A stretch of 64,000 bases of DNA from a bacterium. Its GTDB lineage: Bacteria > Hinthialibacterota > Hinthialibacteria > Hinthialibacterales > Hinthialibacteraceae. The DNA lies in contig CAXXMV010000006.1 of the NCBI GenBank assembly GCA_963662285.2, forward strand, positions 288,001-352,000. The letters run 5' to 3'. The number at the start of each line of letters is the position of its first letter. Positions within the stretch are counted from its first letter, which is position 1. The notes under the pieces were generated by a model, which was not told where the DNA came from, made no database searches, and was given only the letters and a program-made list of their open reading frames with translations. Below are positions 49,417 through 58,252 of this stretch, one piece after another. A program made the position numbers and the translations under genes.

Positions 49417-52400
49417 CTGTTTTGCCTCCCCATAGATAATTTCATTTGAAATTTTGTTCCTTCGTCTTGTTTGCTGGCAACCTCAAGAGTTCCTTCATGC
49501 AATTCAACAAGTTCCTTGGCAATCGAAAGCCCCAGCCCAGAACCTTTGGCAAATTTCTGTGAAGCCGAAGTCCGGTAGAACCGCTCCCAAATTTTAGCGC
49601 ATTCTTCCTTCGTCATACCAATACCGGAGTCCTGCACTGATAGAGATACCATATCACCTTCACATGACAAACCAACTTCAACCATCCCATTATCCGGCGT
49701 GTATTTAATGGCGTTGCTGATCAGTTCCCCCACCACCCGCTCAATCTTGCCGCCATCAATATAAAGGTTTATCTCTTCGCCAAGTTTTGCGTTAAGCGTG
49801 ATCTGCTTCAACTCAGCGGCGGGTTGGTTTTCATTAATAATATTCTCCACTAATGTCTTAAAAGGAATATCGCTTTTCTCCAAAACAATCCGACCAGTTT
49901 CGATACGGTTGAGGTCTAGCACGTCGTTGATCAAATTGGTCAGGCGGTCAACAGAAGTTGTAGCGCGGGTCATGATCTTGGCCTGTTTCTCTGATAGCGC
50001 GCCTGCGATGCCCATCAGTAGGTTATCTAGGCTGCCTTTGATGGCGGTTAGGGGAGTACGTAAATCATGGGAAGCCTGGGAGACGAATTGGGTTTTCATC
50101 TTGTCCAGTTCACGAAGTTGTTCGTTGGCTTCGTGCAGGCTGGTGTTGGCGTCATTGAGGTATTCGTTAGTGGCTTGTAGTTCGTCATTGGTTTCAATAA
50201 GCTGTTCGTCTTTGCGTTGAATATCTTTCAAACTTTGAGCCAGCCGGAAGTGCCGGTTAGCCGCATAGCTGGCAAAGAACAGGATCAACATCGTTCCAAA
50301 CAACACCTGTTGGATAAATCTCGGCTCTTTATACCAAGGCAGAAGAACGGAAAACTCCCACTGCTGCGGCTCCGATTCGTTCCAGTTCATGTCCATCGCT
50401 TTGATTTCAAAGCGGTGATTCCCGGCGGGCAATCCGCTCCGGGATGCGATCGTACCAGTAGTGAAAGGAGACCATTCTTCTTCATCAAGCCGTTGTGAAA
50501 AAAGTAAGCGTTCACTGCGCGTATATTTCCACTTATCCATCCCGCCAAACACAAATTGCGCGTTGCCTCCTGGAGCAACGACTTGACTGTTGAGTTCTGG
50601 GTTGATTTGAGCGATAGGCGGATCCTGGTCCGTATCCGGATTATAGACGCTGATTCCCATGCTGGTTCCCGTCCAGATCCGCCCCTGGCTGTCTTCAAAC
50701 ACCTTCAATATACTTGATGAAGGAAGTCCATCCTCTCCCGTATAATGCACCCAGGAATTCTTTACCGGATCGAAGCAATGCACACCGCTCCCTGTCGCCG
50801 CCCAAATGCGGCCTTTTTTATCAATAATCATTGTACGGACAGCATCAACACCAGTACGAACACTACGCCACGCTATCCCATCGAATTCGCATATCTCATC
50901 CCGTCCCCCGCACCATATTCGTCCATCGCCCAAATCTAAAATAGAAAACGAACCGGTTCCCGGAAAACCGTCCTCTTCCCGGAACAACCGTAATTTTCCA
51001 TTCCGGTATAAAACAGGACCATGTATGTTTTGATGGGCAATCCAGATGTCCCCGTTTTTCGTTTGAAAGATCATTCGGGGATTGCCCCAACCCAATTTAC
51101 TGTACTCTTGGATAATATGGTGAGGAATAATGATTTGATACCGTTGCCCATCGTATTCTTGCAGTGAAAAAGTCCCGGTTTGATTATCAACAAAAGTGAT
51201 CACTGCTTTTCCTCCACTCCATGGATATACAATAAAAGGTTTTAGATGAGAGGGAGATTCGGCTTGCTTAAATTCACCGGTTTCCGGATTAAAAGCCATT
51301 ACACCAATGGGATTCAATCGTATCAATATATTCTCTTCATCAAGACAAGCAAGAAAATCTGTATTATAAATTTCAAAAGAACTATTTTCAGGAAATATGT
51401 GATTGGACCAATTTCCATTTTTAAATGAATAAATTGACTGATTCGTACAAAAGAGAAGTGATCCTGCGGGCGTTTCAGCAATACGGGAAATAGGTTCATT
51501 GATTTCTGGCATCCCTACAGGCGCTATCCATGCAGGGGATGAATAGCGAAGAAGACCTTGCCCAGACGAAATAAAAAAAATCCCGTTGCTTTCATATGCC
51601 ATATTCTTGGCATCATACATTTTAATTCCATGCTGTTCCGGATTGGACGCATCAATTCTATGGAGATAGAGTTTGTCTTTGAGTGCCCATATACAGTTGT
51701 TAAAATCACGAAAACCAGCAATAACAGGTAATTGTTTGTCAGAATGGATGACTGTCCACGATTTCCCGTCAAATTGAACGAGCACATCTTTCTCGTGAAT
51801 TGCAGAATAACTGCTCCCGAAAAGAACGCCATCTTCACGCTCAATTAGATTCTGTATACCTTGCAAATGAGAGTCTTCTGGAAATACATATTCTTTGTGT
51901 TCCCATATAAGTTCCCCATTATTGTCCTGATAGGACAACTTGAGAACACCTCGTTCACCGCAAACCCAGGCTCCTCCGTCTCTTGCCGTTATGATTTCTC
52001 CCAACGTACATTGTGGTGTATCACGGAATATGAGACTATGAAACGTTGAAAGTTTCGTATCCGTTGCGCTAAGGATTTCCGAGATAACGCCGTTTTTCCA
52101 GTTGAACATCTTAATGCAGTCATGAACTGAAAATAATACAGCATTCTCAACAATGGGAGCGATCGGGCAATTCAGGATATCCCAGCTTTGAACTACCGTA
52201 CGAAAATCGGGAATATTATAATGAATCCATTTTTGTGACGTTTCATCAAACCGTCGAAAACCGGTTAATCCATCGCCACAAAAATTTTTGGTTTCATCAT
52301 GGCCAAAACCAAATGTCCACAATTCTCTTGTTGGCCCCTCAAAAACGGCATTGTAAGGTCCTGGAAAGGGAATCTCTTCATAATGATATCCATATCCATC

Positions 52401-52598
52401 CAAAATACTTAAATGTCGTACGTCGCCATGATTGACAAAAAGCCGTCCGCTGGGGCCAATGGTTACATTGTTACTATTGGATTCATCAAATCCATCCCGG
52501 CTGTTCCATAACCGCCACCCCGGTATATCCGATCCGAAGGCCGCTGTTGCCCAAACGCACAAACAAACAGTAATCCTCATCAATACGAAACGTCGCAT
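49413..52598 (-). CDS. Sensor histidine kinase (beta-propeller + Y_Y_Y + HisKA/HATPase)
   Basis: SHDLRTPL, NAIKY, DSGIG, GSGLGL; overlaps the next gene. Confidence 0.92.
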   Translation of the reverse strand: MRRFVLMRITVCLCVWATAAFGSDIPGWRLWNSRDGFDESNSNNVTIGPSGRLFVNHGDVRHLSILDGYGYHYEEIPFPGPYNAVFEGPTRELWTFGFGHDETKNFCGDGLTGFRRFDETSQKWIHYNIPDFRTVVQSWDILNCPIAPIVENAVLFSVHDCIKMFNWKNGVISEILSATDTKLSTFHSLIFRDTPQCTLGEIITARDGGAWVCGERGVLKLSYQDNNGELIWEHKEYVFPEDSHLQGIQNLIEREDGVLFGSSYSAIHEKDVLVQFDGKSWTVIHSDKQLPVIAGFRDFNNCIWALKDKLYLHRIDASNPEQHGIKMYDAKNMAYESNGIFFISSGQGLLRYSSPAWIAPVGMPEINEPISRIAETPAGSLLFCTNQSIYSFKNGNWSNHIFPENSSFEIYNTDFLACLDEENILIRLNPIGVMAFNPETGEFKQAESPSHLKPFIVYPWSGGKAVITFVDNQTGTFSLQEYDGQRYQIIIPHHIIQEYSKLGWGNPRMIFQTKNGDIWIAHQNIHGPVLYRNGKLRLFREEDGFPGTGSFSILDLGDGRIWCGGRDEICEFDGIAWRSVRTGVDAVRTMIIDKKGRIWAATGSGVHCFDPVKNSWVHYTGEDGLPSSSILKVFEDSQGRIWTGTSMGISVYNPDTDQDPPIAQINPELNSQVVAPGGNAQFVFGGMDKWKYTRSERLLFSQRLDEEEWSPFTTGTIASRSGLPAGNHRFEIKAMDMNWNESEPQQWEFSVLLPWYKEPRFIQQVLFGTMLILFFASYAANRHFRLAQSLKDIQRKDEQLIETNDELQATNEYLNDANTSLHEANEQLRELDKMKTQFVSQASHDLRTPLTAIKGSLDNLLMGIAGALSEKQAKIMTRATTSVDRLTNLINDVLDLNRIETGRIVLEKSDIPFKTLVENIINENQPAAELKQITLNAKLGEEINLYIDGGKIERVVGELISNAIKYTPDNGMVEVGLSCEGDMVSLSVQDSGIGMTKEECAKIWERFYRTSASQKFAKGSGLGLSIAKELVELHEGTLEVASKQDEGTKFQMKLSMGRQNR

Positions 52599-55157
52599 TT
52601 ATTCTTCCTTCCAGTGAGGTAGTAGAAGCGAAAAAGTCGTACCTTCCCCTTGTTCACTTTCTACTGCTAGGGATCCTCCATGTAATTCCACTAACTCCTT
52701 AGCAATTGAAAGCCCCAGCCCCGAACCTTTAGCGAATTTTTGTGATGCCGATGTTCGGTAGAAGCGCTCCCAGATTTTGGTGCATTCCTCTGGAGTCATT
52801 CCAATGCCGGAGTCCTTCACCGATAGTGAAACCATATCACCATCACAAGCCAAACCAACATCAACCTTCCCATTATCAGGTGTGTACTTGATAGCATTAC
52901 TAATGAGTTCCCCCACCACCCTCTCAATCTTCCCGCCATCGATATGCAGGTTGATCTCTTCGCCAAGTTTTGCGTTAAGCGTAATCTTCTTCAGTTCGGC
53001 GGCGGGGTGGTTTTCGTTCATTATGTTTTCTACCAATGTTTTGAAGGGGATATTGCTTTTCTCTAGAACAACCCGTCCAGTCTCAATCCGGTTCAGGTCT
53101 AGAACATCATTGATAAGGTTAGTAAGTCGGTCTACTGATGTAGTAGCGCGGGTCATTACCTTTTGCTGCTTTTCGTTGAGAGCGCCTGCGATGCCCATAA
53201 GGAGGTTATCCAGGCTGCCTTTAATGGCCGTTAATGGCGTACGTAGATCATGCGAAGCCTGGGAGACGAATTGGGTTTTCATCTGGTCGAGCTGGATTAG
53301 CTGGGCGTTGGCTTCCTGGAGTTCGACGTTCATGCTGTTGAGTTCTTGGGTTCTACGTTCGACGCGGTCCTCTAGTTCAATGTTTAGCTTTTCCAAATCC
53401 TTATGGGATCGGGCCGAACGATAGGAAATGTAAATTGACATGGAAATGATAAATGCGATAAAGGCAATGGTGACGTTGCGATCCGAAACAATATGGTAAT
53501 AAATGATGGGTGGCCATCGGGTTGTTGGTCCATAAATTACGATTAATGAATAGAGCAACGATCCCATAAGTATTAGAGCGCCGAGAACGAACGTCGTTCC
53601 CTCGCATTTCTTCATCAACGCAACGATTAATACGCGAATCGATTCGATGCAAAACAGAATGGATGCAATCAAAAAGGCGTGGAAGAATAGAGTGGGCAGA
53701 TAAATCATCTCGTCGACCGTCGGTAGAGAGATGAAAACAATCCATCCTACAAGCAACAACCATACGACGATAAACCCCCAATACTGGCGCGGCAGCCTGT
53801 CGTAGACCGCCGAATAGAAAAACGGAAGCAACGAAGCCTGAGCGGCCATCAACAGCGAGAAAAAAAGCCATCGAACGGAATCTAAGACAGCCACTTGCGT
53901 AGTAATGGACAGAATAACGCTCATTCCCCCTAAATAGTCCAAAGCGGCCGCGCACCCCAGAAAAATGGAATAGTACAAATGTTGACGTTGTTTGGGATAA
54001 AAAACAAAAAAGCCGAGGTGAAGGAGCATCATGGCAAGTGAGATCGCGCCCACAAAGGTGTAATTGAATGTTGCGTTGCGAACGCCGAGGATATCCATAT
54101 TACTGGGAACGAGGCGAGCGAATCCCATGATGCTCCGGCTGCCAATTTTGCCGAAAAATTCGGTTACACTCTCATAGCCGTCCGGCGCTCGCATTGTATA
54201 AGAGAGAACGGTCGTTCCCGGTTGCAGGTCGAGCGACCAATGAATCGCATTTCCCCGTACGTCGCCGTCGTGACTGATATGATCGACCGTCCATTGATCT
54301 GGAATATTTTCAACAACGGAAACCGGCGCAGTACTCTCTTGCGGATTCGTCACGCATAGGGTGACGTGAATTCTATCACACATCCGGTAGCGGTCTTTCG
54401 ATACGGTGCGAACGGCATAGGGCATGGCGGGAACGAGTTGTAGATTTGATATTCGAACGCGAGCGGGTTCTATATTATTGTGCGAGTTATATATTTCCAC
54501 TCCATAGTATAGGGATTCTCCCAACGGAAAATCGATCGACCGGCCAACCATCCACTCGATTCCGTCGAATGAGTATTCCGAAAAAATGAATCTCCTTTTC
54601 GCATCAGCCGTCACTCGAGCCAAAATCCAGGGCTGGTAGATATTCGGGAACCCATCGTTAAAAAATTCCTTTCCATTCGCCGTTTTCCAATTCGTATCGA
54701 TCTCCCATTGACCGATACCGTAAACATCAACGAGATAGAAATCGAAATTGGATTTGTTATTGTACAAATCCAATGCATCCGATATGCAGCCTTTGGGATT
54801 CATTGGATTTTGAACGCAAATAGCGGATACGTATAAATCCGACCCTGGATTGTCATTCAAAAGTTCCAATTTGCCCGATATCGTCCAGGAGCCTTTACGG
54901 GTCGTATGGAGATATGCATACCATGCGGTCGCTTCATAGATGGCTTCCGAACCTGCACCTTGAACGCTGAGTTCCAACGGAGAATGTTCGACGCCGTATT
55001 GACGGTCCATATAGGGAGTCCAATCCAAAACTCGTTCAAGCATTCCGTTTCCTGGTAAAGGCGCCGATTCGACTAGAATGGCTTCCTTCTTATCCACTTG
55101 GGGAAAAACGAGAATGGGAATCCATACGAGAGAGAGAATCATCAATATTTTTTTCAT
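52599..55157 (-). CDS. Sensor histidine kinase (extracytoplasmic domain + 7TM-DISM-like + HisKA/HATPase)
   Basis: About 7 hydrophobic helices before a coiled coil; same kinase core. Confidence 0.9.
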   Translation of the reverse strand: MKKILMILSLVWIPILVFPQVDKKEAILVESAPLPGNGMLERVLDWTPYMDRQYGVEHSPLELSVQGAGSEAIYEATAWYAYLHTTRKGSWTISGKLELLNDNPGSDLYVSAICVQNPMNPKGCISDALDLYNNKSNFDFYLVDVYGIGQWEIDTNWKTANGKEFFNDGFPNIYQPWILARVTADAKRRFIFSEYSFDGIEWMVGRSIDFPLGESLYYGVEIYNSHNNIEPARVRISNLQLVPAMPYAVRTVSKDRYRMCDRIHVTLCVTNPQESTAPVSVVENIPDQWTVDHISHDGDVRGNAIHWSLDLQPGTTVLSYTMRAPDGYESVTEFFGKIGSRSIMGFARLVPSNMDILGVRNATFNYTFVGAISLAMMLLHLGFFVFYPKQRQHLYYSIFLGCAAALDYLGGMSVILSITTQVAVLDSVRWLFFSLLMAAQASLLPFFYSAVYDRLPRQYWGFIVVWLLLVGWIVFISLPTVDEMIYLPTLFFHAFLIASILFCIESIRVLIVALMKKCEGTTFVLGALILMGSLLYSLIVIYGPTTRWPPIIYYHIVSDRNVTIAFIAFIISMSIYISYRSARSHKDLEKLNIELEDRVERRTQELNSMNVELQEANAQLIQLDQMKTQFVSQASHDLRTPLTAIKGSLDNLLMGIAGALNEKQQKVMTRATTSVDRLTNLINDVLDLNRIETGRVVLEKSNIPFKTLVENIMNENHPAAELKKITLNAKLGEEINLHIDGGKIERVVGELISNAIKYTPDNGKVDVGLACDGDMVSLSVKDSGIGMTPEECTKIWERFYRTSASQKFAKGSGLGLSIAKELVELHGGSLAVESEQGEGTTFSLLLPHWKEE

Positions 55158-57697
55158 TTCTCACCTACCGGTAATTGCAATATAAATACAGTTCTCTCAC
55201 CCTGTTTGCTTTGTACTGAGAGCGAGCCGTTGTGCAATTCCACTAACTCTTTGGCTATTGAAAGCCCTAGCCCTGAACCCTTCGCAAATTTCTTCGAAGC
55301 ATTCGTTCGATAGAAGCGATCCCAGATTTTGGCGCATTCTTCCTGAGACATCCCAATGCCCGAATCTTTCACGGAAAGAGAAACCGAATTTTCTTCTTGA
55401 ACCAGACTCACACTAACAGTTCCACTTTCTGGTGTGTATTTGATGGCGTTAGATATCAGTTCACCCACCACCCGTTCTATTTTGCTGCCATCGATGTTTA
55501 GAGTATAGTCTCCATCACTGGCATTGAATGTAAGTTGTATGTTTTTCTGCTCAGCCGCAGGGTGGTTTTCGTTGAATATATTTTCAACCAGTGCTTTGAA
55601 TGGTATATCACTTTTTTCTAAAACAATACGACCTGTTTCTATGCGGTTGAGATCAAGCACGTCGTTTATCAGGTTGGTTAGTCGATCAACGGATGTGGTA
55701 GCGCGTAGCATGACCTTTTGTTGTTTCTCTGTTAATGCTCCAGCGATACCCATTAGCAGGTTATCCAGGCTGCCTTTGATTGCAGTCAGCGGAGTGCGTA
55801 GATCATGCGAGGCCTGGGAGACGAATTGGGTTTTCATTTGGTCCAGCTGGATTAGTTGCGCGTTGGCTTCTTGTAGTTCTACGTTGGTATTATTGAGATA
55901 TTGATTGGTGGTATCTAATTCGTCATTGGCTTGTTCAAGTTCGCGTGTGCGTTGTTCGACGCGGTCTTCTAACTCAATATTGAGTTTATGGAGTTCTTTA
56001 TTCGATCTTCCAGACCGTTGCGTAAGATAAATGGAGACTGATAGCAGATAAAAAACAAGACCGCATTTCATAACTATCGCAGCAAATATAGATTGGAAAT
56101 TAAACAAATACGCCGATACTGTATAATAAATTACCGTTCCAATTAATACTACTAATCCAAATGTAATAATCCATATTCCATCAACGCGATTGCGGATTGC
56201 TTGAAGCAATGCCATGAAGAACAAAGAATAAACAATCCCATGAAAAAGCATGGTTGACAATTCAAACGTCATAGGAGCCACTAAGTAACAAACCGCCAAA
56301 ATCAAAGCAGTAATAATTATAATCCAGAAATATTTTGAAAGTTTCCGGTATGAGAGAGTGAAAATGAATAAGGCATTAGTAACAGTCGCAATGATCCCTA
56401 CTAATTGCGATGTAGTTACAAATGAGAAATTTCGATAGTTATTAATTTGACTGATTGAGTAGAATAAACATGAAACGCTCACTAAAAATAAAGTGAAATA
56501 GAGATTTTCTTTTAAGACCGGGTAATATATAAATAAAAATAGATGGACAAAGGCCATCATTAAAAATAATGTAATCAGAAGAGTGTCATAAAAAAGCGTC
56601 TCTATCTTTTTAGGAATATCAATTGTGCTATATGCAATAGTATTGGTTCCACCAATAGTCGCGTCATTGGTTGTTCCATGAAAAGTAGCAGATTTGTTTG
56701 GGTTTTGAGACGATTTAACATAATACCTCAAATATGTTGAACCAGGCCCGGCATCGAGCGACCAATGTATATGATTATTCTCAACAGTTCCTTGTTCAGT
56801 TACAGATGAAATACTCCAATCATCGGGCGTGTATTCATCTATAACCACCGACTCGAAGCCGCCACTGGAATTATAGAGTTCCAAAGTGACTTCCAGCATT
56901 GAATTTTCCGCAAAATGCTCAGCAGAAAATGTTCGACGAACTACAGTTTTGGCTGGTTCGAGAATAACATTCGTCACCCTTATGTGGGAGAGTTCATTTA
57001 CCTCAGCATAATGATTGTTCAGCATTATGCCATAGGCTATTTCTTCACTAATATACAGATAAGAACTGTTTAAAATATTCCACTGTATTCCATCAATCGA
57101 CCATTCGGTAATGAACAAATTCCGGGGAAAGATTCTTGTTATACGAAGGTGCAAGAAATTTTGATCAGAAAAATACTCAAATTTACTACTTTCCATCTTT
57201 TCTAATTCATTCACAACATAAAAACTACGTAAAGAATGTCCGAATGGATACTCATCTAAATTTAAGTTTAAATGACGAGATACGGGATTTTTTCCGTTTT
57301 CACGGACCATCAGACCAGCTTTTGTCGGAATAGAACTTTCACTACAATTTGTAAGTATTTCAATCCTTGCCGATAACCTCCACGAGCCGCTTCTGGTCGC
57401 ATAAAGGAAAAAGCCTTCATCACTTTGATCGCCCAGTTCAAAAGAACCGTTGCCATAAATATCATAGACAAATTCTCCATTGACTTTGGATACTTCGCAT
57501 CGACCGGGAACTTTGAATTTACGCAATTTCGGACCAAACTCTGGTTCAAGTCCCCAATCAGCGGTGGCGCTAAAGATGCCGAGATTAGCCGATTCCTGCG
57601 CCATGCAAGGATTAGCCAGTTCGAATGAACATGCAAAGAAGAGACAAAAAAGAAATAATAAGTTTATAGAGCCACGCCTAACCATGATTTCACCCAC
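55154..57697 (-). CDS. Sensor histidine kinase (extracytoplasmic domain + 7TM-DISM-like + HisKA/HATPase)
   Basis: About 7 TM helices; same kinase core. Confidence 0.9.
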   Translation of the reverse strand: MGEIMVRRGSINLLFLFCLFFACSFELANPCMAQESANLGIFSATADWGLEPEFGPKLRKFKVPGRCEVSKVNGEFVYDIYGNGSFELGDQSDEGFFLYATRSGSWRLSARIEILTNCSESSIPTKAGLMVRENGKNPVSRHLNLNLDEYPFGHSLRSFYVVNELEKMESSKFEYFSDQNFLHLRITRIFPRNLFITEWSIDGIQWNILNSSYLYISEEIAYGIMLNNHYAEVNELSHIRVTNVILEPAKTVVRRTFSAEHFAENSMLEVTLELYNSSGGFESVVIDEYTPDDWSISSVTEQGTVENNHIHWSLDAGPGSTYLRYYVKSSQNPNKSATFHGTTNDATIGGTNTIAYSTIDIPKKIETLFYDTLLITLFLMMAFVHLFLFIYYPVLKENLYFTLFLVSVSCLFYSISQINNYRNFSFVTTSQLVGIIATVTNALFIFTLSYRKLSKYFWIIIITALILAVCYLVAPMTFELSTMLFHGIVYSLFFMALLQAIRNRVDGIWIITFGLVVLIGTVIYYTVSAYLFNFQSIFAAIVMKCGLVFYLLSVSIYLTQRSGRSNKELHKLNIELEDRVEQRTRELEQANDELDTTNQYLNNTNVELQEANAQLIQLDQMKTQFVSQASHDLRTPLTAIKGSLDNLLMGIAGALTEKQQKVMLRATTSVDRLTNLINDVLDLNRIETGRIVLEKSDIPFKALVENIFNENHPAAEQKNIQLTFNASDGDYTLNIDGSKIERVVGELISNAIKYTPESGTVSVSLVQEENSVSLSVKDSGIGMSQEECAKIWDRFYRTNASKKFAKGSGLGLSIAKELVELHNGSLSVQSKQGERTVFILQLPVGEK

Positions 57698-58037
57698 ATT
57701 ATGGAATAGCCAAAATAAATCGAATGATACGATTATCTCAAAAAACAGAAGAAGAGTCTACTTGAGAGGGAGAATCCAACATAAACAGCGGATAATATTT
57801 GATTTGCAAACTGTAATATTTGATATGGCCTGCGGAGAGCGAAATAGGTTAGAATCTGACTTGATCCATTACTCAAATTACGACGCGAACAGCGCTTCTA
57901 TTATGCAATCGTGCAACGACCGTGCAATCCAGGGGTGGTTTGAGGGGGGTCTGAGGGTGGTGTCAACGTGGGGGCAAGATGAGTAAGTGTTTCTAAATGC
58001 TTGCTTTACTGATGTTTACGTGAATTGATGAATGTGA

Positions 58038-58080
58038 CTTCTAAGCAGAGGGTTGCAGGTTCAAGTCCTGCTGGGCGTAC
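58038..58080 (+). other. att site: 3' half of tRNA-Arg(TCT)
   Basis: CTTCTAA (anticodon loop) GCAGA GGGTT GCAGG-TTCAAGT-CCTGC TGGGCGT A; D-arm and 5' acceptor strand absent. Confidence 0.85.
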
Positions 58081-58139
58081 TTTGATTTTACTTGAGTTGC
58101 TAAAGAATCCCCCCTAATACCTGAAATATCTAAACAAAC

Positions 58140-58167
58140 AAGGGCAGGTCTTATTTGACCTGCCCTT
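58140..58167. terminator. Hairpin, probably the original tRNA terminator
   Basis: AAGGGCAGGTC / GACCTGCCCTT. Confidence 0.6.
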
Positions 58168-58196
58168 ATTGCATTTATCACTTATGTTGACAATAA

Positions 58197-58230
58197 AAGC
58201 GGCTGCATCGCATTGAAGATGCAGCCGCTT
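58197..58230 (-). terminator. Intrinsic terminator of the CotH/lamin-tail gene
   Basis: AAGCGGCTGCATC / GATGCAGCCGCTT with a T-run on the minus strand, 22 bp after the stop. Confidence 0.7.
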
Positions 58231-58252
58231 GATGTTTTATCCGGGCTTTAGA

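Larger units (their letters stand above)
1..58080. mobile_element. Genomic island / integrative element inserted in tRNA-Arg(TCT); left end is outside the window
   Basis: 3' tRNA half at 58038-58080 starting exactly at the anticodon loop; replication, recombination, defence and IS cargo to its left; visibly higher GC host-type genes to its right. No integrase seen in the window. Confidence 0.75.

Noticed and set aside
46400-55900. Diversity-generating retroelement or invertible shufflon explaining the repeated kinase cores
   Set aside because: No reverse transcriptase or invertase; differences are not adenine-specific and all copies are co-oriented
57480-57986. 168-aa + strand ORF near att (integrase remnant?)
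   Set aside because: Mostly antisense to a kinase gene; no R-H-R-Y motifs
58000-58080. Intact tRNA gene
   Set aside because: No D-arm or 5' acceptor strand; only the 3' half is present
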